A DNA stretch of 64,000 nt, taken from Podarcis muralis. Its lineage: Eukaryota. Shown here piece after piece: positions 63,596-64,000 of the stretch. The stretch is from assembly GCF_964188315.1 (NCBI RefSeq), contig NC_135665.1:40238001-40302000 (forward strand). The letters are read 5' to 3'. A model generated the notes under the pieces. That model was not told the DNA's origin. It saw nothing but the letters and a program-made list of their open reading frames with translations, and ran no database searches. A program made the translations under genes and the position numbers. Position 1 is the first letter of the stretch; every line of letters starts with the position of its first letter.

Positions 63596-64000
63596 TAATA
63601 TGCACACCATGCCATTAATTAAAGCATTTTAACACTAAAAAAAAATAAAAAATGAGCTCCACAATAATAGCGTGGAGCCTTTCATAACTTGATATCTCTT
63701 GAAGGTCGATCAAATGAAATTCTCAGCAACAAGAATATACCTTACAAAATACTCTTCCAAAATCAGTTTGGTTAGCTAAAAATCTCAAGCTAAACAAGAA
63801 ACAGTGAATTTGTAAATACCAATTTAGTACATATGCAAACTTTATAAGGTAGCAACTTACAATTAAATAGCAAAAATCCTCAGCTAACAAAAACCTGAGT
63901 TGCCCCAAGCAGCCAACCAAGAACACAACCAAGCCAGGAAATTTGTAGATTTGTATTATTCAATAATTGCTTCAACATCTGTGCAGCTGAAAGGAAGGAT

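Overview
This is vertebrate genomic DNA from a squamate reptile, probably a lacertid lizard, inferred from Sauria SINE, BovB, Penelope and lizard L1/L2/CR1 content. The whole window lies within the 5' part of MAST4 on the minus strand. It holds the 32-bp KELSLPRRGSF exon (53943-53974), two recognisable alternative N-terminal exons (MKAQRERLQIPGLTL at 35581-35627; MDMSDPHFW...RRTQ at 20837-20928) and a further candidate first exon (40733-40833). All end in phase 2; I did not find their shared acceptor exon (CRTSNRKSL...), so it should lie left of position 1. The rest is intron dense in transposons. The most striking object is a 900-bp non-autonomous hAT DNA transposon (713-1612; perfect 15-bp TIRs, perfect 8-bp TSD). 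It carries a captured piece of the RANBP9 locus (CCAAT/GC-box region, 5'UTR, first 121 codons) in a still-open chimeric ORF, i.e. a Pack-TIR. Other notable items: Penelope-derived mini-elements built almost wholly of minimal hammerhead ribozymes; a BovB insertion with an inverted 5' piece inside one TSD; a CIAO2B (FAM96B) retrocopy that seems to retain intron sequence and is split by a hAT MITE; a 710-bp non-autonomous RTE-tailed element; nested inverted Sauria SINEs; and a near full-length mariner. All calls come from reading the sequence and recalled family/protein knowledge; no searches were run. Boundaries of old repeats are approximate.
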